Positions 30,239 through 40,501 of a DNA stretch of 64,000 nucleotides are shown in pieces. Numbering within the stretch: position 1 is the stretch's first letter; the number at the start of each line of letters is the position of its first letter. The position numbers and the translations under genes were made by a program. The stretch spans positions 32,001 through 96,000 of the forward strand of contig JBDRNU010000015.1 of NCBI GenBank assembly GCA_043810775.1, written 5' to 3'. The notes under the pieces were generated by a model. That model worked only from the letters and a program-made list of their open reading frames with translations. It was not told where the DNA came from and searched no databases. Source of the stretch: an archaeon. Lineage in GTDB: Archaea; Nanobdellota; Nanobdellia; Pacearchaeales; GW2011-AR1.

Positions 30239-30660
30239 TAGCGATAATTAGAATTTGTGGAAGAGTAAATATACGTGAAGATATAAAGAATACTTTATAC
30301 AGGTTAAGACTTAGGCATAAATATACTTGTGTAATTTTAAAAGAAACTCCTGAAACAAGAGGGATGATTCAAAAAATTAGAAATCATGTAGCTTATGGTA
30401 AAATAGATAATCAAACCCTGACTGATTTAATCAAACAGAGGGGAAAACTACTTGATAAAAAAAAGAAATTAGATCCTGAGAAAATTGCTGAAGAGATTCT
30501 TAATGCAAAGGTGGATAAAAAGCTTGAATTTTTAAACTTAAAACCTTTTTTTAGATTGCACCCTCCAAGAAGAGGCATAAAATCAAAATTACACTATCCT
30601 AAAGGGGTGCTTGGAGATAATAAGGAAAAAATAAATGACTTAATAAGGAGAATGTTATAA
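30235..30660 (+). CDS. rpl30: 50S ribosomal protein L30 (uL30)
   Basis: AIIRI.G, FRLHPPRRG. Confidence 0.95.
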   Translation: MIAIIRICGRVNIREDIKNTLYRLRLRHKYTCVILKETPETRGMIQKIRNHVAYGKIDNQTLTDLIKQRGKLLDKKKKLDPEKIAEEILNAKVDKKLEFLNLKPFFRLHPPRRGIKSKLHYPKGVLGDNKEKINDLIRRML

Positions 30661-30661
30661 A

Positions 30662-31072
30662 ATGAAGCTAAAGAAAAAGAAAAAATCAGTAAGAATGCGC
30701 GGAACAAGATTGCACGGTTGGGCTGCTAAAAAGCATAAAGGAAGTGGAAATAGGGGGGGGAAGGGAATGGCTGGTACTGGTAAAAGAGCAGACCAAAGAA
30801 AAACATATGTTCTTAAATATGATTATCCTTATTTTGGTAAGAAAGCAGCAAAGCTAAAAAAGCATAAAAAAAAGAAGATTAATTCTATTAATCTTCAACA
30901 AATTCAAGGAAATCTAAAATCTGGAGAAAAAGAACTTAATTTTAAAAGATATAAAATACTAGGTCGCGGAGATATAAAAGATAAAGTTACTATAATTGCA
31001 AATTCAGCTTCAAAGTCTGCTATTAAGAAAGTAGAAAAAGCGGGTGGGAAAATAATAATTAATAAAAGATAA
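30662..31072 (+). CDS. rpl15: 50S ribosomal protein L15
   Basis: RG...HG, GNRGGKG.AG, KILGRG, KVEKAGG. Confidence 0.96.
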   Translation: MKLKKKKKSVRMRGTRLHGWAAKKHKGSGNRGGKGMAGTGKRADQRKTYVLKYDYPYFGKKAAKLKKHKKKKINSINLQQIQGNLKSGEKELNFKRYKILGRGDIKDKVTIIANSASKSAIKKVEKAGGKIIINKR

Positions 31073-31073
31073 A

Positions 31074-32468
31074 ATGGCTTTACTTGACATTTTAAAAAAC
31101 TTACCAGAAGTAAAGGGCCCAATTGAGAAGAAACTTAGTTTTAATGTAAAACTCAAATGGACTCTTATAGTTCTTATTGCATTTTTTGTATTGGCAAATG
31201 TTGCACTTTATGGCCTTGAAGCAAATTCTTTAGAAAGGTTTGAGTATTTAGCTATTGTTTTAGGTACAGATTTTGGAAGTATAATCAGTCTGGGAATTGG
31301 ACCGATAGTTATGGCTTCTATTATTTTACAATTACTAGTAGGTAGTAAGATACTTGATATTGATCTTACTTCTGATGAAGGAAAAAAGTATTTTCAAAGT
31401 TTGCAAAAGATCTCTGTATTTTTCTTCATTTTATTTGAAGCAATAGTTTATGTTCTTATGAGGGGATTGCAAGCCAAACCTGGTTTTGAGTTTATTGTAA
31501 TATTTCAATTAATTTTAGGGGGTCTTGCAATAGTATTTATGGATGAACTAGTGACTAAGTGGGGTTTTGGTAGTGGAGTTAGTTTATTCATTCTTGCAGG
31601 TGTTGGTTGGAGATTATTTACAGGATTATTTCAATTTATAGGTATTCAAGGTGGAAATTGTTTAATCAGCTTTTCAGGAGAAGGAAGTATTGCGTGCGCA
31701 GGAAAAATACTTGTTATTATTCAAAGTGTAGTTAATAATGCACCGAATGAGGCTTTGAAGGCTTTTGCCATAATTCTAGTTACAGCGATAATTTTTGCAG
31801 CAGTAGTTTGGGCCCAAAGCTTAAAAGTAGAGGTACCTCTTAGTTTTGATAGATTAAGAGGATATGGATTAAAGTGGCCTCTTGCTTTTTTTTATGCTTC
31901 AGTAATACCTGTAATTTTAGTAGCAGCTTTATCTGCGAATTTACAATTATTTGCAGGTTTAATTGAAAATTGGATAGGCCATTCAACATTTTTAGGAACT
32001 TTCTCCCAAGGTACTCCTATAGCTGGTTTAGCTTACTGGATAGGTTCTTCTAATCTTGTAGAAGCATTTATAACTGGTAGTTTTCAATTAAGAATGCTAT
32101 TTCAAGGAGTATTCCATATTTTGTTTTATATGGTATTTTCAACAATTTTTGCTGTTTTTTGGGTTAAAACTTCTGGTATGGATGCTCAAAGCCAAGCACA
32201 TAATATAATGTCTTCAGGATTGCAAATACCTGGTTTCAGAAAAGATGAGCGCGTTTTAGAATCTGTACTTTCAAGATATATAATGCCTCTTACTATAATG
32301 GGTGGGGCTGCTATAGGCTTATTAGCAGCTTCAGCTGATTTATTAGGGGCTCTTACAAGCGGTACAGCAATACTTTTAGCTGTAATGATATCATATCAAT
32401 TTTATCAAAATATTGCACAGCAGCATGCAGTTGACATGCATCCTGCTTTGAAAAAGGTGATGGGTTAA
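31074..32468 (+). CDS. secY: Preprotein translocase subunit SecY
   Basis: LGIGPIVMASIILQLL, KWGFGSGVSLFI, IPGFR, SGTAILL. Confidence 0.98.
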   Translation: MALLDILKNLPEVKGPIEKKLSFNVKLKWTLIVLIAFFVLANVALYGLEANSLERFEYLAIVLGTDFGSIISLGIGPIVMASIILQLLVGSKILDIDLTSDEGKKYFQSLQKISVFFFILFEAIVYVLMRGLQAKPGFEFIVIFQLILGGLAIVFMDELVTKWGFGSGVSLFILAGVGWRLFTGLFQFIGIQGGNCLISFSGEGSIACAGKILVIIQSVVNNAPNEALKAFAIILVTAIIFAAVVWAQSLKVEVPLSFDRLRGYGLKWPLAFFYASVIPVILVAALSANLQLFAGLIENWIGHSTFLGTFSQGTPIAGLAYWIGSSNLVEAFITGSFQLRMLFQGVFHILFYMVFSTIFAVFWVKTSGMDAQSQAHNIMSSGLQIPGFRKDERVLESVLSRYIMPLTIMGGAAIGLLAASADLLGALTSGTAILLAVMISYQFYQNIAQQHAVDMHPALKKVMG

Positions 32469-32469
32469 A

Positions 32470-33021
32470 ATGGATAAAGAAGGAAAAGAAGGAAGTTTCA
32501 AACCTGTAATGATTGTTTTAATTTTATCATTTATAATTGCAATTTATTGGGATTCCCAAACACTTACATTCATTAAAGATTTTGTGCATATAGTGCTAGA
32601 TCCTAGTGCAGGAGCATTATTGGAGTGGAATATAACTTATGGTATGATGATTATTGTTCTCATCATATCCCTTATAACTATATTAGTTCAGAAGTATACT
32701 ACTGACCAAGAAACTCTTCGCGAGTTAAGAAAAGAACAAAAAATCCTCCAGGAAGAAATGAAGAAATTTAAAGATCATCCTGAAAAGCTAATAGAACTTC
32801 AGAAAAAACAATTTGAGTTTGTTCCCAAAACTATGAAACTTACTATGAGACCTATTATTTTTACAGGCATTCCTTTTATTTTATTTTTCAGATGGTTTCA
32901 TGATTTTTTTACACTTGCAGGAAACCCTGAGTTTTTTGGATTTTTAAACTGGTTTTGGTTTTATTTAATATTTGCCATAATCTTTAGTAGTATATTTAAA
33001 AAAATTTTAAAAGTTGTATAA
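32470..33021 (+). CDS. DUF106 / EMC3-TMCO1 (Oxa1 superfamily) membrane protein
   Basis: TM - coiled coil - TM - W.WFY; canonical position after secY. Confidence 0.88.
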   Translation: MDKEGKEGSFKPVMIVLILSFIIAIYWDSQTLTFIKDFVHIVLDPSAGALLEWNITYGMMIIVLIISLITILVQKYTTDQETLRELRKEQKILQEEMKKFKDHPEKLIELQKKQFEFVPKTMKLTMRPIIFTGIPFILFFRWFHDFFTLAGNPEFFGFLNWFWFYLIFAIIFSSIFKKILKVV

Positions 33022-33022
33022 A

Positions 33023-33415
33023 ATGCCAAATGAAAATTTAATAATTCAGCTAAGCTTACTAGAACAACAATCACAAGAAATAGAAAAACAGATTCAATTA
33101 ATTGATCATCAAATAAATGAATTACAAAACCTTTCAATTAGCTTGGATAAATTTAATGGTGAAGGAGAAATACTTGCCCCATTTGGAAAAGGTATATTTG
33201 TAAAGTCAGAAGTTAAGGATAAAAAATTATTCATGAATATTGGTTCTGGAATAGTGGTAAAGAAAACTCCTAAAGAAGCAGTAGAGATAGTTGAAAACCA
33301 AGTTGATAAATTATCTGCAGCAAAATCTGAGCTTCTTGAAGATATGGGTAAAATTAATGCCGAATTAATAAAACTAATAGATTTAGCTGAGAAATCCCAA
33401 GAATCTAAAGATTAG
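33023..33415 (+). CDS. pfdA: Prefoldin alpha subunit
   Basis: Coiled coils around EILAPFG.G.F and NIGSG.VV hairpins; ATG at 33023. Confidence 0.92.
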   Translation: MPNENLIIQLSLLEQQSQEIEKQIQLIDHQINELQNLSISLDKFNGEGEILAPFGKGIFVKSEVKDKKLFMNIGSGIVVKKTPKEAVEIVENQVDKLSAAKSELLEDMGKINAELIKLIDLAEKSQESKD

Positions 33416-34223
33416 TTATCTTCACAAATTTAAAATAAGTAAGAATTCCTAACTCAGAAACAATTGATTTAATATATTTTTTATCAATAAATTCAAAAGC
33501 AGGATTTTTAATCTTTATATTTTTAGGAGCATTATCCCAAACTTCATTTAATTTTCTTTGCTCAATAGGCACTTTTTGTTTTGTAAATTTCCATGAATCA
33601 GCCACAACATATAATGATATTCCTTGGTTTTTAGCCACTTGTGCAATTACTTCACTTCCCACTTTATTTATAATTCCTTTTTTTAAAATAGCATCAGCTC
33701 CTAAAAATACTTTATCAACTTTTTTATTTCCTTGTTCACCAGACAAAGCTATACTTAAAGCAGAATCAACAAATATAGTTACTTTAATCCCAGCTTTTCT
33801 TAGTTCTTTAGCAGTTTTTCTACCTTGCAATAAAGGTCTGGTTTCAGTATTATATACTTCAAATATCTTACCATTTTTTTTTGCATAAATCAACGCATTT
33901 AAAACATTAGTTGAATGACAGTGCGTGAAAATTACATCATTTTTTTTAATTAATCTGAAAATATATTTATTTATTTTTTCCTGAGCTGAATCAAAATGAT
34001 TTAATATTTCTTGATAAGGTTTTCTTTCAGCTAAGTTCAGAACATTTTCTAGCATTGGTTCTGTTGGTCTTAAATTCATAAGCTTTTTCTTGTTTTCTTT
34101 AGTAGGGATTATATGGTAAGCTTGAAGTGCAGCTTTTGCTACATTTCTAGCTCCCTGAATTTTCACTGACTGAATATTCTTGCATATTTGATTGAATTTT
34201 ATCTGCCTCTTTTGCTTTTTCAT
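33405..34223 (-). CDS. Ribose-1,5-bisphosphate isomerase (eIF2B-like family)
   Basis: IQGA..VA, RPTEP, THCHS, TETRP..QG, GAD, NKVGS, NPAF. Confidence 0.88.
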   Translation of the reverse strand: MKKQKRQIKFNQICKNIQSVKIQGARNVAKAALQAYHIIPTKENKKKLMNLRPTEPMLENVLNLAERKPYQEILNHFDSAQEKINKYIFRLIKKNDVIFTHCHSTNVLNALIYAKKNGKIFEVYNTETRPLLQGRKTAKELRKAGIKVTIFVDSALSIALSGEQGNKKVDKVFLGADAILKKGIINKVGSEVIAQVAKNQGISLYVVADSWKFTKQKVPIEQRKLNEVWDNAPKNIKIKNPAFEFIDKKYIKSIVSELGILTYFKFVKITNL

Positions 34224-34257
34224 AAAACTTTAAATACACCTCAACCTTTTAAGTCTT

Positions 34258-35127
34258 ATGTTAGAGATGCTTTTAAGTCCTAAGAAAGCAGAAAGAGAAC
34301 CCTGGGAAATGTTTTTTATAGGAGTTTTTTATGCTTCCCTATCTTTTCTTTTAGTTAATTGGATATTTGGACAGGACGCAGTTCTAGTTAAATATTCAGG
34401 AATGATTATTGTAACTTTTACAGTTATGTTTTGTATACCTTTTGTATATGGGGTATTAAAAAGGGAAGAAGAAAAAGACATGGAGTATAGTGGGGCTTTT
34501 AGAATTTTGAAAGAGCATAGTCATGCTTTATATGTTTTTCTTTGGCTTTTTATGGGGGTAATTGTGGCTTTTTCATTTTTATATATAGTCTTTTCTATTT
34601 ATGGGGATTCAAGTCAGAGTTTTAGGGCGCAGATTGAAACTTATTGTATAATTAACAGGCCTGCAAACTTTAACGATTGTGTGGCAGAATATGGTGTAAA
34701 AGGGGTCTCAAGAACAACTGCTTTTTTAACAGCCAAAGAAAAACTTTTCATGATTTTTGCCAATAATATTTATGTCTTAATTTTTACCTTAGTTTTCTCT
34801 CTTATTTTTGGGGCAGGAGGATTTTTTGTTCTAGCTTGGAATGCTAGTGTAATAGCTGCAGCTATTGGTATCTTCACAAGATCAAACTTGGCTTCTCTTC
34901 CAATGGGTATAGCCCGTTATATGATTCATGGTATTCCTGAAATTGCAGCTTATTTTATTGGAATGCTTGCCGGAGGAATAATAAGTATAGCAATAATCAA
35001 ACATGATACTAGAAGTGAATATTTCTGGAATATTTTGCAAGACGCACTTAATCTAATAATTGTGGCAGTTGTCATATTATTTTTAGCTGCTTTAATAGAG
35101 GTATTTATCACTCCTGTATTATTCTAA
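34258..35127 (+). CDS. SpoIIM-family membrane protein
   Basis: IFANN, WNAS, HGIPEI.AY, AALIEVFITP. Confidence 0.85.
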   Translation: MLEMLLSPKKAEREPWEMFFIGVFYASLSFLLVNWIFGQDAVLVKYSGMIIVTFTVMFCIPFVYGVLKREEEKDMEYSGAFRILKEHSHALYVFLWLFMGVIVAFSFLYIVFSIYGDSSQSFRAQIETYCIINRPANFNDCVAEYGVKGVSRTTAFLTAKEKLFMIFANNIYVLIFTLVFSLIFGAGGFFVLAWNASVIAAAIGIFTRSNLASLPMGIARYMIHGIPEIAAYFIGMLAGGIISIAIIKHDTRSEYFWNILQDALNLIIVAVVILFLAALIEVFITPVLF

Positions 35128-35168
35128 AGAAAACTTATTTAAACTAATAAAACCTAAGATAAAAAAAG

Positions 35169-36884
35169 ATGGTGCAAGATATATTTTTCCAAATAAGTTT
35201 GATACTAGTTATAGCTTTGACTATTTCTTTTATTATGAGGCTTTTAAAACAGCCTTTAATAATAGGTTATATTCTCACAGGTATACTAGTGGGTCCATTC
35301 TTATTTGATTTACTTCCTCAGGAAAGCACTACTCTCCAGACTTTTTCTGAGCTTGGAATAGCATTTCTTTTATTTATAGTTGGGCTGCATTTAAGTCCTA
35401 GAGTTATAAAAGAAGTTGGAAAAATCTCACTAATAACAGGCATAGGTCAAGTTATTTTTACTTCTGTAATTGGTTATTTTATTGCCTTATTACTGGGTTT
35501 TCCAGTTATATCTTCTATTTATATTGCAATTGCACTGACATTTTCTTCTACTATCATAATTATGAAGCTTTTATCTGACAAAGATGCCCTTGACAAGCTT
35601 TATGGAAAGATTTCAATAGGTTTCTTGCTTGTCCAGGACATTATAGCAATTATTATTTTAATCATAATCTCTTCCTTTTCAAATGGAGGTAACATTTTAA
35701 CTTCAATTTCTCAGATTGCATTTAAAGGAGTTATTATTCTTATTTTTCTTGTACCTTTAAGTTATTTTGTTTTGCCTAAGCTAAGTTCATTTTTTGCAAA
35801 ATCGCAAGAATTTCTTTTTGTATTTGCAATTACCTGGGGGTTAGGATTAGCTTCCTTATTTTTTTATGCTGGTTTTTCAGTAGAAGTTGGAGCACTAATA
35901 GCAGGAGTAATGTTATCTATCTCCCCTTATAGTTATGAGATAAGTTCAAAGCTCAGACCTTTAAGGGATTTTTTTATAATTTCATTTTTCATACTTCTAG
36001 GTCATCAGTTAGTATTTAAAGAAATCTCGAACTTAATCTTTCCTGCACTAATATTCTCTTTGTTTGTTTTAATAGGCAATCCTCTTATAATCATGGTATT
36101 AATGGGAATTTTTGGATACAGTCGTAATACTGGTTTTATGGCAGGACTTACTGTTGCCCAAATCAGTGAATTCTCACTAATATTAATTGCGTTAGGAGTT
36201 AAAATAGGTCATCTGTCTAATGAGATACTCTCTTTTGTAACTGTTATAGGTTTGATAACTATTGCAGGTTCAGCATATCTTATAACTTATTCTGAAAAAA
36301 TTTATACCTATATTTATCCATATTTATCTATCTTTGAGAAAAAAAATCTCAAGGAGAAAAAAGAAAGCATAAAGAACTATGAGTATATTTTATTTGGAGA
36401 AAATAGGATTGGATTTTCAATTATGAAATCATTTAAAAAATTGAATAAAAATTATCTTATTGTTGACTACAATCCTACAAGAGTCAATAAACTTAGTTCA
36501 GAAAAAGTATCTTGCATTTTTGGTGACGTTTCTAATTCTGAATTTTTAGACAGCTTAAAACTCGAAAAAGCAAAGCTAGTAGCTTCTACAATACCGGAGC
36601 AAGAAACAAATATGATAATACTCAGCAAGGTAAGATCAATTAATAAAAATGCTATAATAATAGTTACTGCGCGTCAAATACAAGAAGCATTTGATTTATA
36701 CTCTTCTGGAGCAAATTATGTGATCTTACCCCATTTTCTTGGAGGAGAGTATATTGCCAATATTATAGAAAAAGCAAAAGATAATAAAAAAGAGTATGAA
36801 AAAGAGAAAAAGAAACAAATTAAAGATCTAAAAGAAAGGCTTGGGGAAGGTCAAGAGCATCCAAAAATAGAAAAGCATGTGTAA
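35169..36884 (+). CDS. CPA2 cation:proton antiporter with TrkA-N (RCK) domain
   Basis: KQPLIIGYI.TG, FSST, LRDFF, QISEFS, C-terminal RCK domain. Confidence 0.92.
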   Translation: MVQDIFFQISLILVIALTISFIMRLLKQPLIIGYILTGILVGPFLFDLLPQESTTLQTFSELGIAFLLFIVGLHLSPRVIKEVGKISLITGIGQVIFTSVIGYFIALLLGFPVISSIYIAIALTFSSTIIIMKLLSDKDALDKLYGKISIGFLLVQDIIAIIILIIISSFSNGGNILTSISQIAFKGVIILIFLVPLSYFVLPKLSSFFAKSQEFLFVFAITWGLGLASLFFYAGFSVEVGALIAGVMLSISPYSYEISSKLRPLRDFFIISFFILLGHQLVFKEISNLIFPALIFSLFVLIGNPLIIMVLMGIFGYSRNTGFMAGLTVAQISEFSLILIALGVKIGHLSNEILSFVTVIGLITIAGSAYLITYSEKIYTYIYPYLSIFEKKNLKEKKESIKNYEYILFGENRIGFSIMKSFKKLNKNYLIVDYNPTRVNKLSSEKVSCIFGDVSNSEFLDSLKLEKAKLVASTIPEQETNMIILSKVRSINKNAIIIVTARQIQEAFDLYSSGANYVILPHFLGGEYIANIIEKAKDNKKEYEKEKKKQIKDLKERLGEGQEHPKIEKHV

Positions 36885-36926
36885 TTAAATTTATAAATCT
36901 CATTTACTAATTAATTTTAATAAAAG

Positions 36927-39695
36927 ATGGTGAAAACTAAATTTATATTTTTACTAAGTATATTTATATTATTAAGTATTAGTGGTGTCTTTGCTTTTGA
37001 CCTAAACGGAACCACCTATACTTTTAATAGGGTTGCTCTCAATAATACCAATATCTCTGTAACTGTCCAAGATCAAACTTTCACAGAAATATCAGTAAAT
37101 ACCTCCAATTCTAATTCAACAGGAAATTTTAACCTAAGCCTTGCTGATGATATAACTTATATGTATCAGCTTTTACTATGGCATCATAATGGCTCAATGG
37201 TAGATTATGTAGCTAAACCTCTTCCTACACTTCCTTATTCAGAGTTCTCACAACTTAGAAATGTTAATTTTTACTTATTTGAAGCAGGAACAATAAATAT
37301 CACAGCAGTGAACAGGACAGGAGATTTAATTCCAAATAGTCAATTTACTTATAGTGTAAAAGACACTAAATTAGGTTATCCTATTTCAAACTGTATGAAT
37401 TCAGGATCTAAAGAGGTTGTTTGTTATCTTCAAAAAGACAGAAATTATTCAATCATGATTTATCCTGCTGATGGATCTCCTGAGCACTTTGTTCCAGTTA
37501 GTTTTGACTGGAATAATTTTAGTTCTACTTCAAATTATACTACTGGACTATCTAATTATATTGCCAATACAAGAACTTTTCATAAGCAATTCAATGTATC
37601 AGAAAGCTTCATAAGAATCTCTGGGTATATTACTGAACCTAATATTGAGGGGTGGGATGACTTTTCAATCATACCTTATTTACAAGAACCAGGAGGAATG
37701 ATATTTATGTCTATGGGGTTTATTCCTTTTAATGCAAGTTCTTGGAATTCAGCACAATCAGATTATTATAACAACTACACAGGTTTTTATAACATAACTG
37801 TACCCTACTCTACATCAGAAACTGTTGAATATATGTTTTATGCAGCAGCAAGGAATGGTTCGACTTATTATGGGGGCTTTAAGAATATTACCAATCCATC
37901 ACACCAAGGTAATTTTAATATTTCTATGTATGGCTTATTAGGTATTAATTCTACTATAAACCAGACAAGAGGAGATGGATTAGGATCTCTTGCAGTAAAC
38001 ACCAAGAAACAATCTTTTTATTTTGTTAATTCATCAGGATTCCATAATAGTGTTACTGTTTTTGTAGATGTTAAAGTAGATTACTCTGCTTATGGTTCCA
38101 GAGAATTTACTTTTATGGAAGATGTAGGAGATAGTGGAATTTCAAATAATTTTTCTATTCCTTTATTGAATGTTACAGGAATTAAGGAAATAAATATCTT
38201 TAGTAGCACTTTCGCTCCAAGAAGGATTCCCACAAAAACAGCAGCCCAAATTTCAGCTAATAATAATATAACTCTGACTGCTTTTAATCCTGCAGATATT
38301 GATGGTGCAGACATTTCCTCAAGCCTCACCATTAAAATATATCAATCAAACTCAACTTGTGACGTACCAGAACCTTCAGCAGCTTGTTTAATCACCTCAA
38401 CAACAGGAGCATCTAACTTTAATCCAATTTCAGCAGTAATGGGTGGTGGTCAAATTAGCTTTAGAATGGGTTTGGGTGGTTCTGGAATCGAAATTCACTA
38501 CGTTAATGTCGATATGCTTGCTTCAGGGCCTCCTGATGGATTATTTGATGACTCTGCGAATACGGCAGGCACTTCAGGAACATCTTTTAATTCAGTACTA
38601 AGATTTGGTTCAAAAGGTCCAAAAATTTATGATTATATCCTAATGTCTATACCTTATTCAGAAACAGCTGGTTCTGGTTTAAATGATTCAGCACCAGTAA
38701 ACATGAGTATTCCTACATTTTATGATGAGGATTGGAATACAATATGGTTAACTTCAACTAATGGAACTAATGCTTCAAATCTAGCCTCAAATGATACCCA
38801 TTATGCTGAAAGGCAAGATGAGTGGCAACAACTTATGGTTTCAAAAGCTTGTACAACAAGTGTAGCTATATTCAATGCAACAACACCTTGTTTTATCAGC
38901 ACGTCAAGTAATAAAATTTGGATAAGACTTCCTCATTTTTCTGGAACAGGCCCCCGACTTACAGGCACAGTGCTTGCTTCAGCTGCAAGCGGAGATGATG
39001 ACAGCTCTTCAAGCAGTTCTTCTTCAAGTGGAGGAGATGATGAACAAGCAACATCTAATAAAAAAGTAAAAAGTTGGACACTAATGGAGTCTGATAAAAG
39101 TTATACTATGAACATTGATAGTAGTGTTTTTGGACTAGATAAAATAGAAATTGAAGTTGGTTCAAATACCTCAAATGCAAAAATTACATTATATAAATAT
39201 GATGAAAAACCAGGAGCAGTTTCTGAGAAATTAGGTAAGGTTTACAAGTATATACAAATATTTGCTGAAAACCTAGATAATAATATGACTAAATCCATTT
39301 TAACTTTGCAAGTTAATAAGTCTTGGGTAGATACTAATACTAATAAAAACTCTATTTCATTATATAGATATAATTCTGCAACCTCCTCATGGGATAATCT
39401 AAATGCTTCATATTCTACTGCAGATTCAGGAAATTATTATTACAAAGTTAATCTTAAAAGTTTCAGCTTTTTTGCGATTGCTACACCAGATTCAGCAGCT
39501 AGTAATGCTTCTTCTGGAGATGTTAATTCAACTACTGTTGGAACTGACCAAGAATCTGGTGAGGATGGGCAAAGTACCAGTATCTGGATATGGATTTTAG
39601 GAATCATAATAGTGGTTATTATAATCACCATAATCATATTTGGAGCTCTTGAATATAGGAGCAGAATGTTTATTTCTAAACGAAAGAATAATTAA
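36927..39695 (+). CDS. Large surface glycoprotein with PGF-pre-PGF-like C-terminal domain and TM anchor
   Basis: Signal peptide, more than 30 N-x-S/T sequons by eye, poly-Ser linker, SFSFFAI motif, C-terminal TM with basic tail. Confidence 0.78.
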   Translation: MVKTKFIFLLSIFILLSISGVFAFDLNGTTYTFNRVALNNTNISVTVQDQTFTEISVNTSNSNSTGNFNLSLADDITYMYQLLLWHHNGSMVDYVAKPLPTLPYSEFSQLRNVNFYLFEAGTINITAVNRTGDLIPNSQFTYSVKDTKLGYPISNCMNSGSKEVVCYLQKDRNYSIMIYPADGSPEHFVPVSFDWNNFSSTSNYTTGLSNYIANTRTFHKQFNVSESFIRISGYITEPNIEGWDDFSIIPYLQEPGGMIFMSMGFIPFNASSWNSAQSDYYNNYTGFYNITVPYSTSETVEYMFYAAARNGSTYYGGFKNITNPSHQGNFNISMYGLLGINSTINQTRGDGLGSLAVNTKKQSFYFVNSSGFHNSVTVFVDVKVDYSAYGSREFTFMEDVGDSGISNNFSIPLLNVTGIKEINIFSSTFAPRRIPTKTAAQISANNNITLTAFNPADIDGADISSSLTIKIYQSNSTCDVPEPSAACLITSTTGASNFNPISAVMGGGQISFRMGLGGSGIEIHYVNVDMLASGPPDGLFDDSANTAGTSGTSFNSVLRFGSKGPKIYDYILMSIPYSETAGSGLNDSAPVNMSIPTFYDEDWNTIWLTSTNGTNASNLASNDTHYAERQDEWQQLMVSKACTTSVAIFNATTPCFISTSSNKIWIRLPHFSGTGPRLTGTVLASAASGDDDSSSSSSSSSGGDDEQATSNKKVKSWTLMESDKSYTMNIDSSVFGLDKIEIEVGSNTSNAKITLYKYDEKPGAVSEKLGKVYKYIQIFAENLDNNMTKSILTLQVNKSWVDTNTNKNSISLYRYNSATSSWDNLNASYSTADSGNYYYKVNLKSFSFFAIATPDSAASNASSGDVNSTTVGTDQESGEDGQSTSIWIWILGIIIVVIIITIIIFGALEYRSRMFISKRKNN

Positions 39696-39725
39696 GTTTT
39701 TAAACTTTCAATAATTATTATCTTA

Positions 39726-40007
39726 ATGGTAATTAGGGATACAGATTATATTCAACAGTTAGCCAATTATATTAAAAAAAATCTTCAAAAAAAGTATACT
39801 TCTGATTCTTTAAGGTTCGCCTTGTTAAATCAAGGTTATTCTAGGGCTGAAGTTGATAGAGCAATAAGACTAGCTAATGAGCAGATGGCAAAAGAAGCTC
39901 CTAAAATGATTGAAAAGCCTGTAATTAAGTATGAAGTTGAATCTGTTGGTGAAGAGGGTGAAGTAAAAATTGGTTTTTGGGCTAGGATAAAGAAGTGGTT
40001 CAGCTAG
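39726..40007 (+). CDS. Small hypothetical helical protein
   Basis: 93 aa; TATA box 29 nt upstream; YI...L.K.Y....R.AL..QGY pattern. Confidence 0.75.
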   Translation: MVIRDTDYIQQLANYIKKNLQKKYTSDSLRFALLNQGYSRAEVDRAIRLANEQMAKEAPKMIEKPVIKYEVESVGEEGEVKIGFWARIKKWFS

Positions 40008-40491
40008 AGTTCAAGTATTTTTTTATTAATTTAATTTTTTCATCATCAGCTTGGCCCTGTTTCTTTCTTCTGTAATCATCATTATATACTGTTTCGTAAG
40101 CTTTTAGATATTGTTTAGCATTAAGTTGCCGAAAACTTATATCCTTAATTTTAGTCTCTTCAAGTTTATTAGGATTTGTACCTGATTCAAACAGAATTGA
40201 CTCTTTTGCAAAAGCTACTATTTGATTCTTTCTTTTGAATTCATGCTCATGCTCATCTATCATATTATAATTTAATTCTTTCATAAGTGAAATTAGTTTT
40301 AACCATTTTTTACCAATATATTCATCTGCTATTAAAATATCTATATCATTAGCCTCACTAAATTCGCCTATTTTTAATTGTAAACCTAAAGAACCATATA
40401 TTACTGGTGAAATATTAAATTTTTTATTAATTAATTTAGCAGCTTCTAAGAAAATCTTGAATTTCTCTTCATTAATTATTAATTTCTTCAT
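40000..40491 (-). CDS. Putative nucleotidyltransferase-fold protein
   Basis: YGSLG...DIDIL motif; real start MKKL at 40491 because the longer ORF runs into the tRNA. Confidence 0.65.
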   Translation of the reverse strand: MKKLIINEEKFKIFLEAAKLINKKFNISPVIYGSLGLQLKIGEFSEANDIDILIADEYIGKKWLKLISLMKELNYNMIDEHEHEFKRKNQIVAFAKESILFESGTNPNKLEETKIKDISFRQLNAKQYLKAYETVYNDDYRRKKQGQADDEKIKLIKKYLNSS

Positions 40492-40501
40492 TTTAGAACT
40501 A

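Noticed and set aside
33405-34223. Annotation as translation factor eIF-2B subunit
   Set aside because: THCHS/GAD catalytic residues and the AMP phosphorylase in the same window favour R15P isomerase
38995-39040. Poly-Ser/Asp low-complexity repeat
   Set aside because: Ordinary protein linker with mixed codons, not a DNA repeat element
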